Positions 8,962 through 18,934 of a stretch of 53,730 nt of DNA are shown here, one piece after another; position 1 is the first letter of the stretch, and every line of letters starts with the position of its first letter. The notes under the pieces are model-generated. The model ran no database searches. It was not told the DNA's origin and saw only the letters and a program-made list of their open reading frames with translations. The stretch covers positions 1 to 53,730 of IMG/VR virus record IMGVR_UViG_3300003319_000115. One strand, written 5' to 3'. The position numbers and the translations under genes were made by a program. This stretch comes from a virus (lineage: Duplodnaviria > Caudoviricetes).

Positions 8962-10493
8962 TATTTTTTCCTCTCAGACTTTCTGTTAGCCTTAACATAG
9001 TTCTCAATAGCAACACCAACTAACCAGTTTTCCTCAGAAGTTTTAGGATTGGTGGCTACAGCATCTCTAACTTGCTCATCGGTATAGCCCGCTTTAAGAA
9101 ACTGATCGCCAATGTTCTTAGCGATCTTTTTCATCTTAGCACTAGTAATAGAATCACCTTGTGCAGTTAAGTCTCTAGCAATTTCTTCCGGTGTACGTAA
9201 ATCAACATTACCTGTATCTGTAGCTGTGGGAATAACGCCCGGATAATCGTCAGTAAAATTGGGTGCAATAGTTTGTTCTTCTGTTACTTCGGTTCCACCT
9301 TCGTCAATGATTTTAATGCGGGGTTTACTAGGCGTACCCAAACCCATAAATCCCTGTTTAATTCCCCCCTCATCATAAACCGCCGTAAACTTCTTTGCAC
9401 CGTACATTGATTTAATTCCATACAACTCATTTAGTTCTTCTGCTGCTGCACGTAATACACCAGGATCACCCTTGGCATTCTTAACACGTTGATAGACAGC
9501 ACTAATACCTCTACCAACTTCGATCTGTCTCTTGCTCAGTGTAGCCGTACCAAAGGTTTTAACTGCTTTAGCAGTTTCTAAAACGTCACGTTCCTCAGGA
9601 GTAAAGTCAGTCTTACCTTGTTTTTGTTGCCACAATAACTGTGTAGGGTTAATTCCCATCTTAGCATAATCACCATCACCAAATAGAATTAACCTGTGTG
9701 CTTCAATACTGCCAACTTTACCTACATCATCACGTTGTCCAATAGCTAACGTCATTCTCCTAAAATCACGAGCTTCTTCACGACGTTCAGAGGATGAGTC
9801 ATTAGCTAATTCCTTTTGTAGTCTTATGTTCTCCTCTCTTATCTCCGCTTGCAATGCTGGTCCTGTACGGGGATCGATTAAAAGCGCAGACATTTCTCTA
9901 CCAGAAATGCTGCCATTTTTCCACGCATTATACATTGCCCGACTACTTTTGCCGGGATTCTGCTTGACGTAGGTATCAACTTCTTCAAAATTGCTTAACT
10001 CAACATCTTCCTGCCGAGCTTTAAGTAAATTCACACCTAATCTATGTTCCCAATACTGTTGCTGAACTCTAGGACTTTGTTGACCAAGCCACTTATAACC
10101 CTTTCCTTCCTGTTCTGCTTCTAAACGCTTAACTTCGTTATCATAAGGATTACCGGCACCAGCAGCTTGTGAGCCAGCTACTTTAGCGGTAACAGGATCC
10201 TCTAATGCACTAATGCCCGCATTAGTAACCTTATCCTTCAACAAGGAGCTAGGCGAAGGATTAACTTTGTTTACGAGCTTTGCAACGTTCTTTAATCCCA
10301 TTTCCTCTAACATACCGGGATTACGAACAGCAAACAAAGCAAACTTCTCAGCAAGTTCAGGATCAGCTCTAATAGCTGTCCCTAATTGCTTCTTCATTGC
10401 ATAGTTAGGATCAATCAAGCCCGCAACAGTATCACCTAATTGTTGAATGACCGGGCCTAATTGTTCATGTAAACCTGGGAGAATCTGTACCAT
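8961..10493 (-). CDS. internal virion/ejection protein
   Basis: 510 aa, helical, lies between the small pilot-like and large ejection genes. Confidence 0.55.
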   Translation of the reverse strand: MVQILPGLHEQLGPVIQQLGDTVAGLIDPNYAMKKQLGTAIRADPELAEKFALFAVRNPGMLEEMGLKNVAKLVNKVNPSPSSLLKDKVTNAGISALEDPVTAKVAGSQAAGAGNPYDNEVKRLEAEQEGKGYKWLGQQSPRVQQQYWEHRLGVNLLKARQEDVELSNFEEVDTYVKQNPGKSSRAMYNAWKNGSISGREMSALLIDPRTGPALQAEIREENIRLQKELANDSSSERREEARDFRRMTLAIGQRDDVGKVGSIEAHRLILFGDGDYAKMGINPTQLLWQQKQGKTDFTPEERDVLETAKAVKTFGTATLSKRQIEVGRGISAVYQRVKNAKGDPGVLRAAAEELNELYGIKSMYGAKKFTAVYDEGGIKQGFMGLGTPSKPRIKIIDEGGTEVTEEQTIAPNFTDDYPGVIPTATDTGNVDLRTPEEIARDLTAQGDSITSAKMKKIAKNIGDQFLKAGYTDEQVRDAVATNPKTSEENWLVGVAIENYVKANRKSERKK

Positions 10494-10496
10494 TGA

Positions 10497-11030
10497 TTAA
10501 GCTCCCTGAGAAGCACTGATAATCTTAGCAATTGATCCAATTAGATCAGAACCAACACCAATACCTTGAACCCAATTATTGGGTTGCATTACGGTCTGAC
10601 GTTGGGGAATTCCAAGTTGACTAATTCCTGCGATAGCTTGTATAATAGGGAACAATGCTTGCAATTGCAAACCACCAATTGCTTGCGTAAGTTTTGGAGC
10701 TTGCTCTGATCGAAGTAATGCCTCCGAATAAGCAGCAGGTGTACCATAACCTAACCCTTGTTGACCATAACGAGCGCGTAATGCACTTGCTTGACGTTCA
10801 GTATCCTTGCTAATCATTTCCATCAGGGAGTTTCCCATTGCTCCACCACCGGGAGACAATAGGTTGTTTAAAACTCCACTGATTCCTAACGTACTACCAA
10901 TCGCACCACTACCGGCGGGTTGCTGACCACCAAAGGAACCGGTGTTTAATGCACCTTGTAACCATGCGGTAAAGTCATCAGCTAATCCAGTAGCACTACC
11001 GCCACCAACTGTTCTTTCTTTCATGCCCAT
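10497..11030 (-). CDS. small Gly/Gln/Ala-rich DNA ejection (pilot-like) protein
   Basis: Composition and position after GNAT and nozzle. Confidence 0.55.
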   Translation of the reverse strand: MGMKERTVGGGSATGLADDFTAWLQGALNTGSFGGQQPAGSGAIGSTLGISGVLNNLLSPGGGAMGNSLMEMISKDTERQASALRARYGQQGLGYGTPAAYSEALLRSEQAPKLTQAIGGLQLQALFPIIQAIAGISQLGIPQRQTVMQPNNWVQGIGVGSDLIGSIAKIISASQGA

Positions 11031-11581
11031 GAGTCGGTTTCCTCTTTGAGAATGCCGTAACAGTTGATGTCAAACCAGTTATTATCGTAGAGTGCAGCCT
11101 TTCTTTTACGTCCTTCCTTAGTAAAACCTACTTCTTCTACGAATTTAAACACGTAATTTGATGCATAATAGGGAATTTCAGCAGTAAGTCTCCTAAACTT
11201 GTACTTACCAAACACGTATTTAACCATTTCTCTCGTTAGTTTTACTCTTCCAATGTGCTTTTTATCGAAAAAACTGTAATGTACCTTCGCATCTATGCCA
11301 GGTTGAATGTCTGTGAGATAAAAAACACCCACAAAATCATCAATAACCCAAAAAAGTCCAGTAGATTCAATCGGAGTTTCACCTCTAGGGTTAGCCAAGA
11401 CAGAAATGAAACGGTGAAAGTCCTCTCCAATCTCTCTACCAAACAATGTTTTAAAGTTTTTGGATTTTTCCCAAAACTTTTTCAGATTTTCAGGAGTAAA
11501 GTATAGTGGACGCACCTCACGCTTTACTTTACCTACCTTTGATTCAACACAAAGTGCTGATACAACGGGCTCTTTATTCAT
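11021..11581 (-). CDS. GNAT (RimJ/RimL-like) fold protein of the virion assembly module
   Basis: FRRLTAEI...VEEVGFTKEGRKRK...WFDINCYGILKEE is a RimJ/RimL C-terminal signature. Confidence 0.8.
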   Translation of the reverse strand: MNKEPVVSALCVESKVGKVKREVRPLYFTPENLKKFWEKSKNFKTLFGREIGEDFHRFISVLANPRGETPIESTGLFWVIDDFVGVFYLTDIQPGIDAKVHYSFFDKKHIGRVKLTREMVKYVFGKYKFRRLTAEIPYYASNYVFKFVEEVGFTKEGRKRKAALYDNNWFDINCYGILKEETDSWA

Positions 11582-13128
11582 TTTAGCGCAGGGCCACTCT
11601 CATAAACGTACACTTCGTAACTAACAAGCGAAAAACTTACTGTAGAAGAACTAATACGAAAAGCAAAACGTCTAGCTTTTACTGATCTTACACGTTTAAA
11701 TATGCGAGGAATACCAAGTTCAGTTACACTAAAAACCTTTTCATTGTTCCATCTACCATCTTTATAATATTCTAGTAGGATATCACCACTTCCTGCATAA
11801 GCTTCTACTTCAATTCTAACTTCAGCTACATATATATCGAGTCGAGGAAGTGTAAATATCTTACTAGTTAAAGAAAAATCTATAGCAAGTGTATCATCTA
11901 ATGTAGCAGTTTGATTTTCTAGCCATAATTCACCAGTCTTTAACCCTAAAACTTTAACTGAAGGTTGAATAATATTAGGTGAGAGTGCATCTGCGGTACC
12001 AGTAAGGCTATCAACAGGGATATCACCCAATTGATCGGCAGATAAAGCACCAAAAGAAAGCTCTACTTCATCTGCGGAACTGACATTAGAGTAAATATGA
12101 TAAGTCCAAGCTTGTGTTTGGAAATTATATGTCCAGCCAATTACTATGCTACTGCTTGTTTGTGGTACATAAAGTGTATATTCGTGCGCTTTTCCATTAT
12201 AACCTGAAAAAATAAGTTCTTTGTTACCAATAGAACCAAATAATCTACTCTCTATGGGCGTAGAAATAGCTTGCTTACCTTGACCTGGAACTAAAACCCA
12301 AATTGCTTGAGTCCTAGTATCGAGCCAAACTAAGCCAAACTCAGTAAGTTGAATGGAAAATGGCACATTACAACCAACATTCAAGCCCGCGTCACGAAAG
12401 TAGAAGGGAGCTTGAGGAATTGGTTGTGGAGTACCAAGCCAAATGGAACGTTCTCTTAATATAACTAATTCATTATTAAAATTGAATAAGCCTGTGATAT
12501 AATCGCTAAAATCACTAGGCGACGTAACGAGAGGGGAATAGCCAGCTTCTTCGTTAACTGCTGGATCCCACTCAGAAATACCAGTAACACCAGTAGCAGA
12601 CCAACCAACTTGAACTTCGTTATCACCTCTAAGTGCAGCACCAACAATACGATCATTAATTGCCGTAATGAATCTATATTCAGGAGCGTTTCCAAGAGTA
12701 GAAACAACACCCAAATCAGTATCCACAATACGTATACTATCAGCGCCGTTATTAGAAAAGATAAACTTATTGAAAGCAACGAGTGTGTTGAATCTATCAT
12801 TAATGCCACCAGTTAACGCACCAGTTACAGCAGACCAAGCATTACCAATGAGAAGATGTACACCTAAATTAGTAAATCTAATAGTGTAACTATTTCCATT
12901 ATCTTGACGGAAATAAGCAATTTTTAAAACAGTTTCACCATCTGGCTTAAATGGAGACATAAGCCAGTTTCCATATCTCTTGCTAGTTTTATCCTGTCTA
13001 ATGCTTGCATTTTTAGCTTCTTGTAAAGCTCCGCTATCAATATCAGCAGGATCAAACTGACTAATCATGCCTTTATTGACACGGCTTTCAATAAATGGGC
13101 GAAGTTCAAATGTCAGTTTGGTAGCCAT
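11578..13128 (-). CDS. tail nozzle / tail tubular protein B-like
   Basis: 516 aa, beta-rich, VGWS..EWD and GC..P.SI motifs; position in the podovirus tail module. Confidence 0.7.
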   Translation of the reverse strand: MATKLTFELRPFIESRVNKGMISQFDPADIDSGALQEAKNASIRQDKTSKRYGNWLMSPFKPDGETVLKIAYFRQDNGNSYTIRFTNLGVHLLIGNAWSAVTGALTGGINDRFNTLVAFNKFIFSNNGADSIRIVDTDLGVVSTLGNAPEYRFITAINDRIVGAALRGDNEVQVGWSATGVTGISEWDPAVNEEAGYSPLVTSPSDFSDYITGLFNFNNELVILRERSIWLGTPQPIPQAPFYFRDAGLNVGCNVPFSIQLTEFGLVWLDTRTQAIWVLVPGQGKQAISTPIESRLFGSIGNKELIFSGYNGKAHEYTLYVPQTSSSIVIGWTYNFQTQAWTYHIYSNVSSADEVELSFGALSADQLGDIPVDSLTGTADALSPNIIQPSVKVLGLKTGELWLENQTATLDDTLAIDFSLTSKIFTLPRLDIYVAEVRIEVEAYAGSGDILLEYYKDGRWNNEKVFSVTELGIPRIFKRVRSVKARRFAFRISSSTVSFSLVSYEVYVYESGPALK

Positions 13129-13739
13129 TATATTGTATTCAAGTGCGACGGTGTATCATACGTTACTTGCATTCCATACAACCAAGTCTGATCCCCAGGA
13201 TTTCCAATAGGGCTAATACGGAAATAATAGAATTGCGTATCTAATGTAATAAGAGATAAACCAGCTAAGTTGCTAAAAATGATACTACTAGATGCACTAC
13301 TAAATGTAGTACCTACTATCTCTGTAGGACCAGATCCATCAATACCTACAGCCATCAAATCTACATCAATATTTTGTAAGCCTGTGCGCTTAGCTAGGAG
13401 TCCATATGATCTAATGGTAACTCCGGACGGAAGCTTTATTCCAGCATAAGCTGGATAGCTTTCTGGAATTCTAGCATAACCATTAAAATAAGCGCTATCT
13501 ATAACAGCGCCATTATCTTCGTTGAACTTAAATTCAGTAAAAGGAATATTTAAAGTTTTTAATTTCTTTCCACTAACTGTAGACTTAAGCACTAATGGAT
13601 CAACAGCCATACTTTCTACTAACGTAGCTTCTAAGCGTTCTCCTATATCTTGTTTAGCTTGTCTAATATAATCATCTAACTGATTCGCTGGGATTGTTCC
13701 CGGCGGAGTAGTAATAGACCAAGCTCTAGTAAATGGCAT
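13128..13739 (-). CDS. putative tail fibre/needle-associated protein
   Basis: N-terminal P.G..PANQLDDYIRQAK anchor-like segment, beta-rich C-terminus. Confidence 0.5.
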   Translation of the reverse strand: MPFTRAWSITTPPGTIPANQLDDYIRQAKQDIGERLEATLVESMAVDPLVLKSTVSGKKLKTLNIPFTEFKFNEDNGAVIDSAYFNGYARIPESYPAYAGIKLPSGVTIRSYGLLAKRTGLQNIDVDLMAVGIDGSGPTEIVGTTFSSASSSIIFSNLAGLSLITLDTQFYYFRISPIGNPGDQTWLYGMQVTYDTPSHLNTI

Positions 13740-13891
13740 TATAACACCTTACGACCAGTAAGTAAACGAACAAGAACTAGAACGAGAATAACAACAAGTA
13801 ATAAATGAATAAGCCCGCCCCCAATATGGAAAGCGAACCCACCGCCCCAAAGTAGAAGCAAGATTATGATGACTACTAAGAACAAATCCAT
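13739..13891 (-). CDS. lmo0937/DUF5670-like small membrane protein (50 aa)
   Basis: Translated by hand: MDLFLVVIIILLLLWGGGFAFHIGGGLIHLLLVVILVLVLVRLLTGRKVL; GGLIHxLLV signature; AGAGGA SD upstream. Confidence 0.8.
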   Translation of the reverse strand: MDLFLVVIIILLLLWGGGFAFHIGGGLIHLLLVVILVLVLVRLLTGRKVL

Positions 13892-13900
13892 AAATCCTCT

Positions 13901-14239
13901 CTATTCATGTTCATACCAAACACCATGAAACATAGTAAAGGTATATACTATGTTAGCAGCCAATACTTTATCGCCCAAAGCATTCGTTTGAATGTTCGCA
14001 TTGTGGGAAACGGTTAAATTCCCATTGCCTAATATAAAGAGCGACTGACAATCTTGACCATCAACAAAGTCGGTGATAGTTGTTGCTCCCACTGGTGATT
14101 CCCAATATTCTTGATTTCTTACACTAGGTGTAGCATTACCAGAAGGAAACCTGGCTATAACTCGCCTCTCCAACAACAGCCTCGTTTCCTTCTCAGTTAT
14201 AATTTTATCACTCACGTTGGATTGTCCACCTGAATCCAA
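13901..14239 (-). CDS. hypothetical beta-rich structural protein
   Basis: ORF in late operon. Confidence 0.55.
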   Translation of the reverse strand: MDSGGQSNVSDKIITEKETRLLLERRVIARFPSGNATPSVRNQEYWESPVGATTITDFVDGQDCQSLFILGNGNLTVSHNANIQTNALGDKVLAANIVYTFTMFHGVWYEHE

Positions 14240-14619
14240 ATACGTTCTCCCGGTCGTTTTCCCTCAGTACGATCAAGGTGAATGCTACCACCAGCGTAAA
14301 CGCCTAACCTAGTACAATCCTTTTCCATTGCAGCTTTAACAATTAAGTAACGCGCGTGATTCCAATTGGGATCATCAGGTGTTGGGTTTGGTGCAATATC
14401 TACTGCTTCTACAATCGTGTCCGTGTGCGCAGAATCCTTAGCACCACCAACACTCTTGTTGTGAGCTTTCGTCCTACCGTCACTAGAAATAATAAATGGT
14501 ACGCCTGCAAGATCGCGTACTTCATCCAACCACAACATAAACTGATAACCCATTCGATCTGGGAAATCAAACTCTAACGGATGGAAATAACGTAGCTTTT
14601 TCCAATCTTCTTTCTTCAT
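14212..14619 (-). CDS. endolysin, peptidase M15 family (Zn D-Ala-D-Ala carboxypeptidase fold)
   Basis: ISSDGR..HN..VGGAKDSAH.....AVDI ... IHLD Zn-binding motifs. Confidence 0.88.
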   Translation of the reverse strand: MKKEDWKKLRYFHPLEFDFPDRMGYQFMLWLDEVRDLAGVPFIISSDGRTKAHNKSVGGAKDSAHTDTIVEAVDIAPNPTPDDPNWNHARYLIVKAAMEKDCTRLGVYAGGSIHLDRTEGKRPGERIWIQVDNPT

Positions 14620-14629
14620 TGTTCTATCA

Positions 14630-15061
14630 CTAAACACGGCTATTCCTTGGTTGGAATTTTTCGTTATCACTACGTCCCTGTAAGAAACCTTCTATACTAG
14701 AAATACGCTCACTGTTTGCGTTGGCTTGTCTTTGTGTATCTTCGGCAATTTTCTTCGTTTCTCTTGACAAAGTTTCAATACGGCCTAATATCTCTAACTT
14801 TCTATTAATTTCCAATATTGCATTACCTTGTGCTTTAATTGCTTCTAATGAAGCTGTAACGGAATCAGTATTAGCACTTGCTTGCGTACAACCATCATCC
14901 CAATCTTTGATTTTATCTTCAAAGATTCTATTAAAGCGTTTCCTAAAAACACTATCAGCTAATGGTGTAAATAGAATTCTGACAGCTGTCCAAACACTAC
15001 CAATAACCGCAAATGCAGCTATTACACCGCCTGATATTTTTCCCCATAAATCCCAATTCAT
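14630..15061 (-). CDS. membrane protein with N-terminal TM helix and coiled coil (holin/lysis accessory candidate)
   Basis: GGVIAAFAVIGSVWTAVRILF TM segment; directly upstream of the endolysin. Confidence 0.55.
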   Translation of the reverse strand: MNWDLWGKISGGVIAAFAVIGSVWTAVRILFTPLADSVFRKRFNRIFEDKIKDWDDGCTQASANTDSVTASLEAIKAQGNAILEINRKLEILGRIETLSRETKKIAEDTQRQANANSERISSIEGFLQGRSDNEKFQPRNSRV

Positions 15062-15474
15062 GAGTAATCTGGATTATAAGCAGACTCAGATAGGAACATA
15101 GGCTTAGTAGCTTCGTCGCTACTAACAATTGGTGTATATGCATCTGAAGCAGAAACTAGAAATGTAGAAGATCCTACTGATTCAAATGAACTTCCAGCTA
15201 TTATAAACGAACTCACAGCTGTAAAGAACTCACTTATAGTTAGTGCGCTAGAACCACTTTGAATCCAGCTTGCTTGTATAGGAGTAACACCATCAGCAAT
15301 AAAATTGCTAGATCCACTAGCAGTAAAACCAGAATCAAACTGAGTAAATTTTTCTTCAGTTAATGTTAATACAGAAGTACCAGTGGGATTAAAAGAAGAA
15401 GCATAACCGAGACTTTCTGTAAGAGTAAGACTAGCATTACCCGACTCTGAAAAACTACTATCATGTATGGTCAT
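15058..15474 (-). CDS. Ser/Thr-rich repetitive structural protein
   Basis: Repeats of S.F..SG.S.LT. Confidence 0.5.
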   Translation of the reverse strand: MTIHDSSFSESGNASLTLTESLGYASSFNPTGTSVLTLTEEKFTQFDSGFTASGSSNFIADGVTPIQASWIQSGSSALTISEFFTAVSSFIIAGSSFESVGSSTFLVSASDAYTPIVSSDEATKPMFLSESAYNPDYS

Positions 15475-15926
15475 GAAGTTTCACCATAAACAATAGAAGC
15501 AACTGGCAGATTCAAAGTATCGCCCGCATTAATAGTACGTGGCGTTGACAATGGACCAACAATTAATAAGTCATTAACACCTCTAACACCTCCTCTAGCA
15601 ATTGCAGCATGTGTTACCGTACCAAATCCTGCTCCAGTAGCAGGACCAAAAAGAATAGCTCCTGGATTATTAACAGAAAAGTTTCTAGCAAAAGGTAGAA
15701 CAGTTGTAACTAAATCTAGCGTCAATGCTTGACGAGCATAACTAACGCCCGCAACTACTTCATCACCAGCATATCCATCATCGTAACGTGTAAGGGGATC
15801 GGGACCTTGTGTCGGATCGGCTGTAAATAAACACATAAACAATCCAGAAGGTCGAGACGGAGCAACAGTACTAAGATCGAGAAAGTATAAAAGAATATCT
15901 CTACGAAGGTTCGGAGTCTTAGCCAT
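15471..15926 (-). CDS. phage tail-associated protein
   Basis: LFTADP..SYARQA..F.PA...FGTVTHAAI..L...L..PRTI.AGDTL pattern of a common phage tail protein family. Confidence 0.7.
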   Translation of the reverse strand: MAKTPNLRRDILLYFLDLSTVAPSRPSGLFMCLFTADPTQGPDPLTRYDDGYAGDEVVAGVSYARQALTLDLVTTVLPFARNFSVNNPGAILFGPATGAGFGTVTHAAIARGGVRGVNDLLIVGPLSTPRTINAGDTLNLPVASIVYGETS

Positions 15927-16573
15927 TAGTAACGTCTCCGTAAAACCTGTAAACCAGCCATTTGATCGTAACCACGTTCCTTAGCTTGTGTCGGTTGCTT
16001 AGTGCTAATAAGCTCCATCATCTCTTGCTTTGCTGCTCTCGCTCTATTCCAATCACCAATATCAATAAATGCACGGTAAATTCCACCCATTTCAATAATT
16101 TCATGCCAAGCTTGTGGAATAGGTGGAGTTAAATTAGTATCACTTAGATCATCAAGAGTTGTAAGATAACGAACCGTAACGAGATATACGTCGTCAGGTG
16201 TGGGATAAATAATTGCTGTCTTATCTTCTCTTACATAACGAGTTGGTTTTCCATAAGCTTCAATATCAGAATCATATACACTTTCATATTCAGTTCGCTC
16301 CATGTAACCTAATGGAGTATGACTATTGTCATATAGATCACGAACTGAAAGTACCTGAATAGCTTCAAAGGGATCGGGCATAATATACTTTCTAACACCC
16401 AATACCGTATTGAAACTAACGGTACGTTCTTTTTCTCTAAACTTAATAATATCTAAAATGTCCCAATATGCCCGATTTAAGAGTAGTGTAGCATCTGAAT
16501 TGGACATATCAACTTCATCAACACCTAATGCTTTGCGTAAGCGGCTACGCATTTGATCTAAGTTAAGTGCCAT
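15926..16573 (-). CDS. head-tail adaptor (tail tubular protein A-like)
   Basis: LLNRA..GKPTRY...IYPTPD..Y...Y....DLS..N.TP.IP..WHE pattern; follows the capsid gene. Confidence 0.75.
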   Translation of the reverse strand: MALNLDQMRSRLRKALGVDEVDMSNSDATLLLNRAYWDILDIIKFREKERTVSFNTVLGVRKYIMPDPFEAIQVLSVRDLYDNSHTPLGYMERTEYESVYDSDIEAYGKPTRYVREDKTAIIYPTPDDVYLVTVRYLTTLDDLSDTNLTPPIPQAWHEIIEMGGIYRAFIDIGDWNRARAAKQEMMELISTKQPTQAKERGYDQMAGLQVLRRRY

Positions 16574-16823
16574 TTATTAGCTCCGCAAAGACACTGATGT
16601 AGGATTCAGAGCCACGCTTAACAAACTTAACACTAGTACTTGTACCAATTGTTATCTTTACACCTTGCAATGGAATTTCATAATCTTTCCCATCGAGCAG
16701 AAGGGATAGTTTACTATCAACTACCCCCTCTTGCTCGATGTTCCATGTACCTGCTTTCAATCTAACACTAGGGCCGCACACCGCGATTTTGGGATTCGCA
16801 CCGGATAATAATACGAGTCGCAT
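16563..16823 (-). CDS. hypothetical protein
   Basis: ORF between capsid and adaptor. Confidence 0.55.
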   Translation of the reverse strand: MRLVLLSGANPKIAVCGPSVRLKAGTWNIEQEGVVDSKLSLLLDGKDYEIPLQGVKITIGTSTSVKFVKRGSESYISVFAELINGT

Positions 16824-16850
16824 AGTGTTACTGTGTGTTAGTGTTACTGT

Positions 16851-17759
16851 TCAAACCGCGTTCGCGCCAGCCCAACCACGCCAATCAACAAACCACACTA
16901 AGAAACGAGTGCTAGCCTTATACTTCGCAGCATCCGTCTCAAAGTCAAACGTATCGTCAAACTCAACAGCACGACGAATGACCATGTGAGCATCATTCAT
17001 CTTGCTGTTAACAAGGAAGTACGAACGCGGGTTAGCCTTGTAGTGCGAAACAAATACCTTCGGCTTTAACCGCATTCTGATTGCGTTCTCTTGGTTGTTA
17101 GCCGTAAAAGGCTCCAACTGAGAATTGAAAATCTGCAACGCAATGTTCATATCGGTCGTGCTGTTGCCGAGGATTAACGTATCCGGCCACGCACGAACAG
17201 GATCACCGTTCTCATCCTTCATCTGCGAGAACAGATCCATAAGCGACGTGATACCAGCAACCGACAGGTTCACGTCAGAAGCAGGGCGGTTAGCAACCGT
17301 CGTGCTCGTACCGAGCAACGTGTGCGCGGTATGAATCAGAGGAAGGTTATCAATACCTCTGAAAAAGTTACCCGTAAATGCATCATCGAGTAACGCTGCT
17401 GCACGATACTCGTAGGTCATACGAGAAGCGTGAGCTAACCACTTAGCAGCTTGGTTAGCTTTACCATACTGATCGTCCTCAACTGCACGACGAGTGATGA
17501 TAAAGCCTAACGCAAACTCCTTATCAACACCGATTACCTTCGGACCCATCTTGGGGTACTCGTAGGTAATCGGTTCACCTTCCCCACGTTCAACTAAACG
17601 GGAGAGTCCCGTCATAGTTGTAGCTTGTTGTTCGGGAAGGTTACTAGTTTCTACACGTAAGAAACTAGGATACTCCGGCTCATAGTAGTCGAAGTTATCA
17701 CGGAAGTCCCGACGTAAGCCGGGACGATAGAGCATGTTAAATGCGCCACTAACTTGCAT
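16851..17759 (-). CDS. major capsid protein (HK97 fold, Mu gpT-like)
   Basis: PGL..F..Y, EGEPITYE, FALGFIITRRAVEDDQY, DF.T..AKYKA..RF...FVDWRG; strong SD AGGGGAG. Confidence 0.88.
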   Translation of the reverse strand: MQVSGAFNMLYRPGLRRDFRDNFDYYEPEYPSFLRVETSNLPEQQATTMTGLSRLVERGEGEPITYEYPKMGPKVIGVDKEFALGFIITRRAVEDDQYGKANQAAKWLAHASRMTYEYRAAALLDDAFTGNFFRGIDNLPLIHTAHTLLGTSTTVANRPASDVNLSVAGITSLMDLFSQMKDENGDPVRAWPDTLILGNSTTDMNIALQIFNSQLEPFTANNQENAIRMRLKPKVFVSHYKANPRSYFLVNSKMNDAHMVIRRAVEFDDTFDFETDAAKYKASTRFLVWFVDWRGWAGANAV

Positions 17760-17785
17760 TTTGATAGTCTCCCTTTAGGTTAGTA

Positions 17786-18277
17786 TTATGGCATCGCTAA
17801 AACACTTTCGATAAACTTAAACACGAAAGCGTTAAGCTCAGGGAGAATATCCACGATCTCAACAGCAGGAGTCGTGGGGTTAGCCATGTCGATAACCCAA
17901 TCGTTACCAACTTTGGCAAGCGAGTACTGCTCACCAATATGCGTCTGAGTTGGCACAACTGGATCAGTACCACCGTTAACACCACGAGCCGTGAAGTTCG
18001 TGTGACGATCAGCAATTGCAACACTAACTTCTTGCGCACGACCAGTAGCAAAAACGATACTGGTGCTATCAGCTAAACCATAGCCCGGACCAGTACCAGC
18101 GTCTTGGAGTGCGATTCCACGAATACTTTGTGGATCAGCAGCGGTTTCCACAATTTGACCGTTAACATCATCAACAACTGGAGCACCGCGCTTAAAAACT
18201 TGCCCGGTTGCATACGCTAAAACTTGTACTTGCGGCACGCCTTGATGAAAGCGTGCAGGCTGGATTGTGCGACCCAT
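17786..18277 (-). CDS. capsid cement/decoration protein
   Basis: 163 aa, beta-rich, immediately upstream of the MCP. Confidence 0.6.
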   Translation of the reverse strand: MGRTIQPARFHQGVPQVQVLAYATGQVFKRGAPVVDDVNGQIVETAADPQSIRGIALQDAGTGPGYGLADSTSIVFATGRAQEVSVAIADRHTNFTARGVNGGTDPVVPTQTHIGEQYSLAKVGNDWVIDMANPTTPAVEIVDILPELNAFVFKFIESVLAMP

Positions 18278-18280
18278 TTG

Positions 18281-18934
18281 TTATGGCTCCTTTAACCCAA
18301 GTGCGTTAGCTAATTCATCTCTGTTAGCTTGGCGGGCAGTCCCTTCGTTAAATACGGGAACAACCCCATCAGTATCCTTACGCGTAAGCTTACTAAAATC
18401 CTTCTCTTCCTTTTGCTCATTACGAGCATCCTTCGTTAATCCACTAATACGTTGAGCATGACGATCCATAACAAAATCAATATCTTCCTTGTTTTCTCTG
18501 CTAGTAATCATGTGCACAACGTCACCCACGATCACTCTACCAGTACCATCATTGTTTAACTGAGTACGAGGAACGTAATCAGTGTTAATCTCAAAACCTA
18601 ACAACTGCATCCTATGAATCTCCATAGGATCATTACGCACCCACTGACCAACTAAGTGTGGAGGAAGATCAACATGAAGATGATCTTGCACAACACCACG
18701 ATCTAATACTTGAGCTAATCTAGCTCGCCGTTCTTGCCGAGTTTCCGTTGGAGCTTTGTTAACTTCCTGTTGAGCAACAGTAGTGTTACTCTGTGCGAAG
18801 GTTATAGTACCAACATTCGCAACACTTGCTTGCTCGTGATTCTGTGTTGAAGGTGGGTTATTAGTAGAAGGTTTTGCGGTATTGATAATCTTTTCATCGG
18901 GCTTGACCACGACGGGAGTACGCTCGGTAGACAT
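18281..18934 (-). CDS. head module protein of unknown function
   Basis: P...GQWVRND...GFE... motif; between scaffold and cement genes. Confidence 0.55.
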   Translation of the reverse strand: MSTERTPVVVKPDEKIINTAKPSTNNPPSTQNHEQASVANVGTITFAQSNTTVAQQEVNKAPTETRQERRARLAQVLDRGVVQDHLHVDLPPHLVGQWVRNDPMEIHRMQLLGFEINTDYVPRTQLNNDGTGRVIVGDVVHMITSRENKEDIDFVMDRHAQRISGLTKDARNEQKEEKDFSKLTRKDTDGVVPVFNEGTARQANRDELANALGLKEP

